From NCBI RefSeq assembly GCF_009914755.1, contig NC_060939.1: DNA of 64,000 bases; one strand, 5' to 3'. Each line of letters begins with the position of its first letter. Positions within the stretch are counted from its first letter, which is position 1. This document shows positions 14,584 through 25,705 of this stretch, piece after piece. Position numbers and translations under genes: made by a program. Under the pieces are notes generated by a model, which was given only the letters and a program-made list of their open reading frames with translations, ran no database searches and had not been told where the DNA came from. This DNA is from the human T2T-CHM13v2.0 reference genome, Homo sapiens.

Positions 14584-14996
14584 TGAGACAGAATAGGGTC
14601 TGGAGGCAGGGACATAGGCTAATTCACACTGACTTCCTAGAACTAAATCAAATGGAAACACTTCATCTATGAAACATCCTCTCCATTTACATAGGGTGTA
14701 CACTAAGTAAGTGACTTTACTTCACCCTCTTCATTTACATAGGGCATACACCAAGTAATCAATGGAAACCTCTAGAGGGTATGTAAACCTCAGAAAATTC
14801 TGTAACGGGGCTCTTGAGCCCCTATGCTTGGCCCACTCCCACCCTGTGGGGTGTACTTTCATTTTCAATAAATCTCTGCTTTTGTTGCTTCATTCTTTCT
14901 TTGCTTTGTTTGTATGTTTTGTGTGTCTTCCCTTGCTTCGTTTGTGCTTTCTTTGTTCAAGACGCCAAGAACCTGGACACCCATCAACTGATAACA
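14584..14996 (+). mobile_element. MER51-type ERV1 3' LTR
   Basis: TG...CA ends; gaatagggtctggaggcaggg, catttacatagggc repeats, ccaag..aatggaaacctctagagggt, AATAAA at ~14867, gacgccaagaacctggacacc. Confidence 0.75.
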
Positions 14997-15350
14997 CTTT
15001 TGGATTTTTACGGAGGCTTCTTTACTTAGGCATGGTTGATTAAATCACTGGCCCTTGGTGATAGACTCAACCTTGAGTCCCTCTCCCCTTCCTGAGACTG
15101 GGGGTAGGGCTGAAAGTTCCAACTCTGAGCATAGGGCTGATTCCCTCCCTGCAGTGAGCACTCCATCCTGTAGCCATCTAGGTGGTCCAAAAAAATCACC
15201 TCATTAACATAACCTGGGGTGTGTGAAAAGTGTTTATTATAAATAACAAAACACTGCCTTTTACCTTTAGTGCTCTGAAGCTGTCTTGAGCTGCTTCAGG
15301 AACCCAGGACAAAAGGCCATATATATACTTTAACAAAAGATCAACTTATT
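14997..15350 (+). mobile_element. MER21-family LTR, right part
   Basis: ggaggcttc..ggcatggttgattaaatcactggcc..ggtgat..gggctgaaagttccaac..cacctcattaacataa resembles the MER21C 3' half. Confidence 0.7.
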
Positions 15351-16139
15351 GTTCTAGTCCCATAGGAAGTAATAGGCTTAAAGGAGATGGGCCTGTAATC
15401 TTAGATGGAAATCAAAAAATATTCATCTTAGTAATACAGGTCACAAATGCCAAGGGGCCAGGCAGCTAATGAATGAATGACGACAATAGGTGCTAGGCTG
15501 TTTTATTGTGATCAAGTATAAACTCCTCTTAATTACACTGTCTTTAAAATAAATGTCCGTGGGTAGCCCATTGGAATTGAAAACTGTAGTTTGTATGTGT
15601 TTTTTAAAGCAATTGTGGTATTAAAGGAAAGGACAAATCCTTAAGAAAACAAACTAGGGGATTTAACTGACCACAATTTTTTCTGAAGTGGATGCTCTGA
15701 GGTTTGCACATCTCATTCTGCATTATCATGCTGGCCTGGGGGAATGTGTACTCTTCAGACAACAAGCTTTTAAGAGACACCAACAAACCCAAGTGTCTGA
15801 CGGAGGGTGCACAGGATGCTGACAGGCTCTGAGGCCATCTATATGATAAATGAACGATTTCTCTAGCCTGGAAACAAACAATTGGGGCAGTCTTACTAGG
15901 TAAGTGAAGGAGCAGTGATTCTCTTAGTGTTTTCTCTTGGCAGAGGAGCTGAAATCCCACACCAAGTGGCCTAAGGGTTACCCATATTAAGTATAAAATC
16001 TATCTGAAGCCTCTGTTTATTTTTTAAGTTCTGTAAACTATTTGAATTTTGCATTATATGCCTAATAAAACCATGTGTTTATTAATATAAAATAACATAC
16101 TTCCCACCCATCTTCACATAAAATTGCTGTGTTAGGAAT

Positions 16140-16350
16140 ACGAATCGTTAAACTTTATTGAGTACCTACTATGTACCAGATACTGCTCTAAGTGAGTTTT
16201 ACAACTTTATGGGGGGGGGGTGCTTAATTATCATACCCATTTTACAGATAAGAAAACTAAGAGAGATGTTATGTCACAGAGCTTCAGGGACAGAGTCAGG
16301 ATGTGAAGCCAGAAAATCTAATATCAGAGCCTGTGTCCTTCACCACTCCA
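16140..16350 (-). mobile_element. MIR
   Basis: tttattgagtacctactatgtaccagatactg..cccattttacagataagaaaactaag is the MIR core in antisense orientation. Confidence 0.75.
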
Positions 16351-16629
16351 CCAAAGCACTCTTCAAACTTCCATTGGTGCTCCAAAAGCCCAGGACAAGA
16401 GTTCAACATTGGACTTCAAATTAAATAGTAACTCCTACAGCTTAACTGTTCACACTGTAAAACAATAGTGCTCAGAAACATTTTCACATGCTACGCGAGA
16501 TCTAAAATCAAGGTCAATTACTATGCAATTTCCCAATATAAACTAAGATTAATTTTTTCAAAAGATACTCAGCAACTACAGGTTGAAATGTTAATCAGGA
16601 TAGCGATTTGACTGAGTTTTTAAAATTGT

Positions 16630-16957
16630 ATAGTCACCCCTCGGTATCTGTGGGGGATTGGTTCCAAAACCCACCAAGGATACCAAAATCCATGGATGCT
16701 CAACTCCCTGGCAAAAAATGGCATAATATTTGCATATAAACTGTGCACATCCTGCCATATACTTTAAATCATCTCTAGATTACTTATAATACCTAACACA
16801 ATGTAAGTGATGTGTAAATAGTTGTTACACTGTATTGTTTTGATTTGTATTATTTTTATTATTGTATTGTTATTTTTTATTTTTTCTGAATATTTTTTTA
16901 TCTGAGGTTGGTTGAATCTGTGGATGTGGAACCCGTGGATCCAGAGGGCCGACTATA
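16630..16957. mobile_element. MER2 (TcMar-Tigger MITE)
   Basis: TIRs tagtcacccctcggtatctgtgg and ccagagggccgactata with TA target sites; MER2 core atttgcatata..tttaaatcatctctagattactta. Confidence 0.85.
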
Positions 16958-17123
16958 GTTCCATTTAAGCCCCAGAATCAACAGGCCAGCATGGTAATCA
17001 GACCTTCAGGGGTCTTTGATTTTGGTTAATGATCACGAATCTTGTGGGATCAAATGTTGTTGGTAGTGCTGCTGTCAGTGACGTGGTTTTCTGGAATTGT
17101 GAGTTTCTGAACAAAACAAAGGG

Positions 17124-17541
17124 CAGTTATCCCTCAGGATCCGTGGGAGATTTGTTCCAGGACTCTCTAAGGATACCAAAATCTACAGATGCCCAAGTCC
17201 CATATATAAAATGGTGTGGTATTTGCATATAATCTACACACATCCTCCTAGGTATTTTAAATGATCTCAAGATTACTTAAAATATTTGACACGGTACATT
17301 GTAAATGCTATGTAAATATTTGTTACACTGTATGGTTTAGAAAATAATGACAAGAAGAAAAAATCCATACATGTTCAGTGCCAACTCTGAGCATAGGGCT
17401 GGTTCCCCCTGGCAGCCAGCACCCCATCCTGTAGCCAAAATTTTTCCCCAATTCCCTAAATATTTTTGATCTGGGGTTGGTTGAATCCAGGGGAGCAGAA
17501 CCTACTGGAATGGAATCCGTGGATATGGAGGGCTGACTATA
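17124..17541. mobile_element. MER2-family MITE carrying a 57-bp foreign insert
   Basis: cagttatccctcaggatccgtggg..ggatatggagggctgactata; same core as the element at 16630-16957. Confidence 0.8.
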
Positions 17542-17669
17542 CTTTTAGTGGCTATACCAAACCCGGCAAGCTCCTCATGAAAAATCAACAATCCACTGTT
17601 CCTCCTCGGGCATCAACAGTTCATCCACATTAAAGGCACTGTGAATAAGGGTTACTATGACCTTGATTT

Positions 17670-18270
17670 TACTTTCTCTAAAATAACTCCAACCTTTTAC
17701 AAAAGTCAACCCTAAATGGGTCATGGCTGTAAACTTTAAACTTTTAGAAAAAAAATGTAGGAAAAATCTTAGGCATCTGAGGCTAGTCAAAGGGTTCTCA
17801 GACTTGACCATAAAAGCATGATCCACAAATGTAAAAACTGATAAACCGGAACTCAGCAAAATTTAAAACTTGCTCTGCAAAAAAACCCTAAGAAGATGAG
17901 AAGACAAGCTACAGACTTAAAGAAAAATATCTGCAAAGCACATGACTAGTACCTAGAATATATAAAGAACTCCCAAAACTCAACATTAAAAAAAAAAAAT
18001 TCAATTACAAAATGGATCAGACATGCACAGACATTTCACCAAAGAGGATATAAAGATGGCAAATAATCCCACAGAAAGATGCTTAACCATATTAGCCATT
18101 ACAGAAATATGAATTAACACTACAGTGAACTACCACTACTAGAAGAGCTAAAAATGACTCCAAATGCTGGGGAGGATGCTGAGAAACTAGATCTCTCCTA
18201 CACTGCTGGTGAGAATGAAAAACGGCACATCCTCTTTGGAAAACAATTTGTGGTTATCTTTAAAAAGATA
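17670..18270 (+). mobile_element. Old L1M ORF2 3' fragment
   Basis: aacttttagaaaaaaaatgtaggaaaaatctt..tagaatatataaagaactcccaaaactcaac..cagacatttcaccaaagaggatata. Confidence 0.8.
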
Positions 18271-18869
18271 TGTCTATGTTTGAATTCAGAATACAAAAAT
18301 AATCTATTTTCATGGTCAATATTAGAAGTAAAAAAAATTACTAGTTTCTTTATATGATGTGGCTACTACATAGACTAATAGACTGGGAAAGTCAATAGTA
18401 GGCCTTCCCCTAATTCAACAACAGTTGGTTCAAATCTGACCACAGCCCAAGAGGCTACTTAATCTATTTTGCTCCATTAATGAAGATGCAGTGACAACTG
18501 TCGCGGAAGTTGAGGCCTCCAAACCCAGGCTGTCTTCCAGGATTCTGGTTCCCTCCACCAATCGAAACTGCACTTTTCACAGAAAAAATAAAATGGGTCT
18601 GGTTAGACAAGAGCACCTCCCTCCCCTATTAAAAGAAGTGGGGCAGATATCTTCCGACAGCATGCCATGTGCCAGTATCTTCCCTTTAGTTCCATTCTTC
18701 ACTCTCCTCTGTGCCCCAACAGACTCCAGGAGATTTGGAGTGGGAGGGGCGGAAGGCAGGCTGGACTTTCAAGCTCCAGGAACTGCCAGCTCTCTTTACC
18801 TTCAGGGCTAAAGGGGGTGCTGGCGGTTACTGGCCTTGGAGTGCTACACCATCCTTCCTTTTCCTCAAA

Positions 18870-19020
18870 ACAATAGTACTCAAACTGTGTCATGCACTAG
18901 ACAGGTTTATGAAAGCAGACTGCAGGGCCCTATCCTAGGAGCTTCCCATAAGATAGTTCTGGGGTGGGGCCCAGTAATTTGTATTTCTAACAAGTTTCCA
19001 GGTTACTTCTGAGATAGTGA
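18870..19020. mobile_element. MER5A-like hAT MITE (further copies at ~20015-20150 and ~21610-21700)
   Basis: ctggggtggggcccagtaatttgtatttctaacaagtttccaggt; the second copy ends ttttgagaaccactg. Confidence 0.7.
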
Positions 19021-19195
19021 GAATACAAACTCTGTCACGTGTTTGTAAATTGTCTTCCTATTAAACTCTTGTCTTAGGACTCTGAAACAGGCCAGATTTT
19101 TTTGGCATGAAGGAAAAGCCTGGCAATCAAGTTATAGATAAAAGACTTAATGCTTAAATGCATTTTTCTGTCAAAGTGATATACTGGTAACAGCC

Positions 19196-19868
19196 TGATG
19201 ATACAGGAGCTAGAAATTATTTAGACAGATAGTGAGGGTAAGAGAGTCCTCGGCAAGGTTTCCCTTTTAATAAAAAGCAGCCCCCAAATCATTTCTTTTC
19301 TAACAAAAAGCGGCCTGAAAAATCAAGCTGCAAGCATAGATACACAAGTAAAAGCTTGCATAGGTGAATGCCGGCAGCTGTGCCAATGGGAAAGGGCTAC
19401 CTGGGGACCAGGCACAGATAAGAATGTAACAGAGGAAGCCTGCTGCAATTGGTTAAATCCAAGATGGCCAAAAACTTGACTGAATGCATACTCTTGGCTG
19501 CATTATGCCCCATTACCATAAAACTTCCCTGGGGAAACCGCCCACTCCCTGCCACGTACCTGAAGCTATGGCAGTTCCAGATTAACCACATTTAGTCAAG
19601 AAAAGGGTGGCGCCCTGATTCTGGGAACTGCCCACCCATTTCCTGGAAACCCTCTCCTTTCATCATAGAATATTTGTGCCTTCATCATGCCTGTCTGCGT
19701 AGCGAGCCCTGACCACATTACACGCCTCTTTTGAGCACATCCAGGCTCCTCTTTTGAGTGTGCACTTGCTTTCACTCTGCAACAAACCTTCTACATTTTC
19801 ACTGTGGTCTCCCTTTCAAATTCTTTTGTGCAGAGAAGCGAAGAACCTGACCTGGCCTACTGGCAACA
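19196..19868 (+). mobile_element. ERV1 solo LTR, probably composite (MER50-like 5' part joined to a different LTR 3' part)
   Basis: tgatacaggagctagaaattatttagacagatagtgagggtaagagagtcctcggcaagg resembles the MER50 start; ends gaagaacctgacctggcctactggcaaca. Confidence 0.65.
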
Positions 19869-22413
19869 GTATCTTTCTCAAGTAGCTCTATTATGTGACC
19901 ACTCCAAAGGCAAATCTTTTTTTTTTTTTTTAAACATAGCACAAATTAATGCTGGACATTAGAATCATAACGTGTTCATACTAGAAAAAATCTCAAGAGA
20001 TAATTTAGAGATAATTCTCAAACCGTAGCATCAGAATTACCTGGAAGGCTTATTAGAACACAAATGGCTGGGCCCACTTTGGAGATTCTGATTTAGTGGG
20101 TCTGGGAGGGCCCAAGAATTGAACCAGGGACTACATTTTGAGAACCACTGCACAATCTACTTGATTTATTGATGAGGAATCTCAGCTCCTTAGGTTTTTA
20201 TATGCTAATGCTAAGCATTTTTAAAATAAATGGAAATTATCCAGTGTATCAATATGAATACTTTTCTATACTTAGTTGCTAAATTATAACTGTATGTTTT
20301 AAGTGGTACTTCAGAATGAAATATTTCACTGAAAGGTTTTCCTTAGTCTTCCCCTTTTCCAGTCTATGCCTTGTCCCTTTTCCATCTGCCCCCACAAACC
20401 CGCCACCAGTGGCAGGGTAGCGTTGAGGAACTGTCTATAGATGTGATACTGTCTAGATTTTACTGAACTCCTAAATTCTGTACACAGACAAGATCTGATT
20501 TTTCAATTGATAAAACGAGATTATCTACCTACCTCAGCCAAGTAGCATACTCAAAGATTTGCAAAAATTAAATGGCTTATATGTGAAAACACCTGTACAA
20601 CTCAAGTAGGAAGATGTCAATATGTCTTTATTTATTAACCTTGAAAGGTTCCTTCCAGCCTCTGGGCCTTGATACAATGCTTCTCCTTCCACCCACTTTC
20701 CCTTTTGTTTTAGGCTTAAATATGACTTTCTTTGGCAGGGGTAGGTCCTCCGGTGATACTGTCTTCCAGCTCTGGTGCCCTGTCTTACAGAATGTGTCAC
20801 AATTATACTTTAACGATTTGTGCAATGATTTTTATGATTTAGAGTTGTCTGCTTGGTTCTTCCCTAGCTCCTAGCACAGCATTTGATACACAGTAGGTAC
20901 TTATATTTGTGGAATACATTCCTGGCTGAAGATTAATTTAGTAGTGTATATGTAACAATCCTAAAATCAGTCCCAAAGTATATTTTAGTACCGTTTTGAT
21001 CTCAAAAAACTTTAAAAACACCATGTAATATTTTAAGTTGTGAATTTTAAATTATAATAAAAATGTAGTATCAAAGAATTATAAACAGTAGTATCCATAG
21101 CAGGGATTAAGTTCTGAGCTCATTCAGTCTTTACCGTATGACACATCTGACAACGTACTTGACAGAAGCAACACACACTGAAGCACCATCTTAAAATGGC
21201 TGTGGTAGAATACCATAGAAGACCAAAATCCCTTAAATTACCAGGGCAAGAACTATAAGGAACTCAAAAGCCTCCAGTTAGCTTCCTTTCTTTCGGCGTT
21301 CTTTTTGCTGTGATGACCAAGGTCTGAAATACAATTTCTCTACCCAGCCCCATCGCCTTTTCTGCCAGGTACAGCTGAACTAAGTTGGGCTAACAAGGCA
21401 GATGATGGGCTCCAAACTGTGCTGCATCTGTCTTTATGGTGGCCCTCTTTATTACACCAAGATCCCCAGACACAACCTGCTGGCCCAGAACACTGCCTGC
21501 TGCCAACTAGAGCATAACCTGCTCATTCTCTCCACCACCAAGTGCTTTATGGGCCAGGACACAGCCTCCTGGGCAGTGGTCCTTGACCTTGGAATCTGAC
21601 CTTGACACTGACATCACTGGAACATTAGGAAAAACCCATGAGCCTTGGACTCCCTAGAGACCAGCTAAATCAGAATTGCTGCAGTGGTGCTGGGGCATTT
21701 TTCCAATGACAAAGTCTCTTTCTACTCAAGAAATAAACTCAATTCTGATTGAGTCAGGGTTTCATGAATCAAGCTTCATGAATACTTATCCCAAATTATT
21801 TCACTTATATGTTGTAAGATGTTCCCATTTTTGTGAGTTTTATATTATTAACTAAGTTAATGGGAAATGAAGTGTATCTGTTAAAACCTAATCAATATTA
21901 ACTTGTTATAAATATTCCGCAATCTAAACTGCTTTTACATCATTGAAAAGTTATAAAAATTAGCAAATCTGATAGCACCAATTCAATAAAGCAATTTAAA
22001 ATTACCTAGTAGCACATTCTGTGAAACTTTGACAATATGATGTTACTTGGCTATGATATAATCATGTACTTCAATCATTTGAAAATGGTTGTTTAACTCA
22101 AAGGCAGGATTTTTAATGAAAAACAAATGGCCAGAAATACAAAGAACTAGGAATTAGGAGACAACTCTGTTTCTAGGCTCTTCACCAACAAGTTCTTAGG
22201 CCCCCATCTCTCTACTTAACTATCATTTAGCAAATACACCATATGAATTGCATGGGTGCCGAGTCTGCTATAAGAATGAATATGTTCTCCACAACAATTT
22301 ACATATTTATTCATTTCTCTCTCCCTCTTTTTCCTTCTTTTTGGGAGTTCAAAACTTCTTGACTCTATAATTAGTAAATGTTATAAAACTGAACTTGTAC
22401 ATTATATTTGAAC

Positions 22414-23142
22414 TGTTAAAAAGCAAAATTTGAGGCTGGGTGCAGTGGCTCACACCTGTAATCCCAGCACTCTGGGAGGCCGAGGCGGGTGGATCACCTG
22501 AGGTCAGAGGTTCGAGACCAGCCTGGCCAACGTGGTAAAACCCCATCTCCACTAAAAATACAAAAATTAGCTGGGTGTGGTGGAGCGTGTCTGTAGTCCC
22601 AGGTACTCAGGAGGCTGGGACAGGAGAACTGCTTGAACCTGGGAGGCGGAGGTTGCAGTGAGCCAAGCTCGCACCACTGTACTCCAGCCTGGGCGACAGA
22701 GGGAGACTCCATCTCAAAAACAAAAACAAACAAAATTTGAACAAATTTAAAGATGTAAATGGCTTTTATTAGCAATTTATGAATCTGGCAGCATCTCAAC
22801 TAAAAATTTAGAAACGGTGTTCTGATTAGCTGAGCAGAGGTGGGCTGAAAACGGTTGAAGAAGCAAAAAGAGAATAAAAGACAGATTGGTCATTTCAAAG
22901 TTAAACTTTCCTCACAGAGACCAAATGGAGGAGAGACTTCTTTATCATGCTGGCTCAGGTAAATCAGGCCTCCTTGACTCCTTGCTGTGTATCTTCTGGA
23001 TTTTTTGACAACTGGCCCATTTCTAAGTTGTTTGATTATGTGACACCTAGCACCAGCAACTCCATTCTGATTTGGCCTGGTCTGTTGGGCCTAGTGCAGG
23101 GGTTTAATCTAAAACAATAGCTTCCTATACATTTCATTTAAC
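22414..23142 (-). mobile_element. MER31/MER67-type ERV1 LTR interrupted by an Alu
   Basis: Minus strand begins tgttaaatgaaatgtataggaagctattgttttagattaaacccctgcactaggcccaacagaccaggccaaatcagaatggagt and ends ...ttaaca. Confidence 0.7.
22434..22735 (+). mobile_element. AluSx-like with TSD (caaaatttga)
   Basis: Full dimeric Alu with a duplicated flank. Confidence 0.93.
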
Positions 23143-23198
23143 AATACTAATAAAATACCGCTTTTATTTTATTTGTTTACATTGGAGTCCTGCTGTTA

Positions 23199-23230
<32 letters not shown>

Positions 23231-23846
23231 CAGGGAGAAATCATGGTAGAATCGAAAGACCGAAAGCTACTAAAAATTGATAGCATTTAATAGTCCTGAA
23301 TAAGTTGTTTCTAATTATAATTCAGCTACTAATTTCAAGAAGAAATGGAAATTTAGAAAGTTGAAATTATGAAATATGATTGCTGGGAAGTATAATGGGA
23401 CAAAAATTAAAAAGCTGAATCTATCTTCACTGCCACTACTGCACTTCTACTCTGGACAACTGCAACCGATCCCTTCCAAAGTGGTTGTATCCAGGCCCAC
23501 CCTACACCCACTTCCTTCTGAAAAACCAATCCACTTTCCTTAGGATACAGTCCAAACTCCTAAACAAGGCTTACCAAGGCCCTTCAAGATCTGACTCTCG
23601 GCGTCTTCTCATCTCTATGCCCCACTCCCCAGTCTCATTACCAGTCATTTTCCTACCACTCTGCTTCAGCTACCCTAGCCTTCTTTCTGGCAGTTCCTGT
23701 AAACAGCAAAGCATATTCTAGCATCAGAGGCTTTGCATTTCTAATTCTCTCTGCTGGCAAAATTCTCTCCCTAGATCTTGGCATGGCTGGCTCTTTGTCA
23801 TTCAGATCGCTGCTCAAATGTCACTTCCTCAGAGACCTTTCCTATC

Positions 23847-24211
23847 TGTCTTAGTCCGTTTCCTGTTGCTTATAAAATAATTCCTAAAACTCGGTAATTT
23901 ATAAAGAAAAGTAATTTATTGTCTAGTTTTGGAGGCTGGGAAGTCTAAGACTGACGGACCACGAGACAGCACCGCAAAGTATCACGTGGCCAGGGGGCTG
24001 AGCAGGCTCACGAGTTGTCAAGTCTCTCCTTAAAAAGCCACCAGTTCTACCTCCGTGATAACCCATTAATCCATGAATAGATCAATCCACTCGTGAAGAC
24101 AGAACCCTCACGGTCCAACCACCTCTTAAAGACTCTACCTCTCAGTACTGCCACATTGGGGATTAAATTTCAACATGAGTTTTGAAGGGGACAGATATTC
24201 ACACCATAGCA
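23847..24211. mobile_element. MaLR solo LTR (MST/MLT1A-like) inserted in an L2 remnant
   Basis: tgtcttagtccgtttcctgttgct..gtaatttataaagaaaag..caacatgagttttgaaggggacagatattcacaccatagca; near-TSD ctatc/ctacc. Confidence 0.8.
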
Positions 24212-24449
24212 CTACCTATCTAATACAGCCCATCACGTCCTGGTCAAAATCGATTCCACCATTCTGCTTGATTTTCCTCATATAACCCATCCCTATCTGA
24301 TAATTTTGTGTTTGTTTCCCCGAAATCACTATCTTGTTCACTGTTGTCTCCCCAGGGACTAGAACAGTGGCCAGTAAACACTTGCTAATGAATAAAGTGC
24401 TTAACAAACGTGTCTTGATCAGTCTATCTCGCGTTTTCCCCACGACCCC

Positions 24450-25700
24450 TCTCCATTCATTCACAGGAACCCGCCAACGTTGCTATCCTTTCAGGAAGGT
24501 CCTTGGATCGTCATCGCTATCCCAAAGAGAGTCCGTTCTCCCACTTCAGGCGAGGCATTGCCAGCCTGGAAGCTAACGGGGTCTCAAGGACCGACAGCCA
24601 CGCCAAGACCGGGCACTTGCGTCTGACAAGCGCTGAACAGGGGCGGAGAAACAAGGCACCCCTCTACTCGCTTCCTGGAGCCTGCCGCCCTCCCAACCTT
24701 AAGCCCTGAACCAGGCTCTCATTTGGCCGCACTCGTGCCTCCCCTGCTGCCAGCACGGCGGCCGGTCCCGGTTACCTGCCTGGGATCTGGCTCAGGCGAA
24801 CTCTCTTCACACCGCCATTTGAGGGAACACAAATGCCCGCTCTGGGCCACCGTAGTTCACAGAAAGTACAAGCTGGCACCTCCTCCCGCATGCGCAGAGA
24901 CCGCCTTCGGCGAATAGTGTCTCTTAGCAACGGCTTTGAGTCCCTCCGCCAGGGGCGGAGCCTCGGAAGCCACCACGGGGAAGCTGTAAGGGGAAGTGAG
25001 TGAGACCAATCGGAGACGAATCTCTGCCCCGTTCGGCACGCCTCCCTTAACTGTCGCGAATGCAAAGGCAACTTTACGGCAGGCAGAGGGTGGGGGCTGC
25101 CGGGGGTAAGGAGGAGAGAAGGAAGCAACCAACCAACCAAGTCGTCCCTACTCCCTCCACCCCCACCCATCCCGGACCTGGTTTACGGCTCCAGGCTCAG
25201 GCTCCACTGCGGGCGCTGATTGGTTGTTGAAGGCTTGGTCCCATCCCAGTGACCCCAAAGTGCTGAAGGGAGGGGGCGGGGGTGGCCCAGTGCAAAGTGC
25301 ATCCCGAAAGCCCCCTGTCCGGAGACCCCACGGCTGGCACTTCGGGCCCCGTATGACCTGGGACCTCGCCGTCCCGAGACCTCCTGGGTCCCTCCGTAGC
25401 TGGAAGCCTCCGGCCCGGAGCGCGGCAGCCCCCTGCTCCGAGCCCTGGACCGGGACTGCCCCCCCACCCGAGCCAGGACTTCCTCCCTGCCTCCCTGCAC
25501 CTCTGCCCCAAGGCTGCCCGGCGGCCGGGATCGCCACCTCCTGCCTTCTCGGCTGTTCGGATGTTCGCCGGGCTGGGGCCGTGAGGCACCGAGGAGGATC
25601 AGGAACACCAGGGTCCGGCCCTGCCTGGGGTATTTCTTCAATGGAGAAGTTGGTGAGTGTAGAGGAGGCTGAAAGGAGGAAGAGAAGCAGCAGCTGAGGA
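24450..25700. promoter_or_regulatory. CpG island / bidirectional promoter shared by LINS1 (-) and ASB7 (+)
   Basis: Abrupt GC/CpG enrichment. Motifs: YY1-like ccgccattt 24812-24820, NRF1-like cgcatgcgca 24887-24896, RFX-like gtctcttagcaac 24919-24931, GC boxes 24952-24960 and 25273-25282, CCAAT 25006-25010 and inverted ATTGG 25219-25223. No TATA box seen. Confidence 0.9.
24776..24840 (-). other. LINS1: LINS1 non-coding exon 1 (5' end approximate)
   Basis: Minus-strand donor GGCAG|gtaacc at 24776/24775 inside the CpG island; TSS position inferred. Confidence 0.75.
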
Positions 25701-25705
25701 GACAG
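25245..25705 (+). other. ASB7: ASB7 non-coding exon 1 (5' end approximate)
   Basis: Donor ACAG|gtaaag at 25705/25706; TSS inferred near the CCAAT and GC boxes. Confidence 0.65.

Noticed and set aside
21440-21520. Histone H2A-like similarity (TKIPRHNLLAQN versus TRIIPRHLQLAIRN)
   Set aside because: Match is too short and the flanks do not fit the histone fold.
23202-23230. A29 run as a retrocopy tail
   Set aside because: No recognisable upstream element or TSD; treated as a simple mononucleotide tract.
24832-24857. ZNF143/SBS motif (minus strand ACTACGGTGGCCCAG)
   Set aside because: Spacing is one base longer than ACTAYRNNNCCCR, so it is not called.
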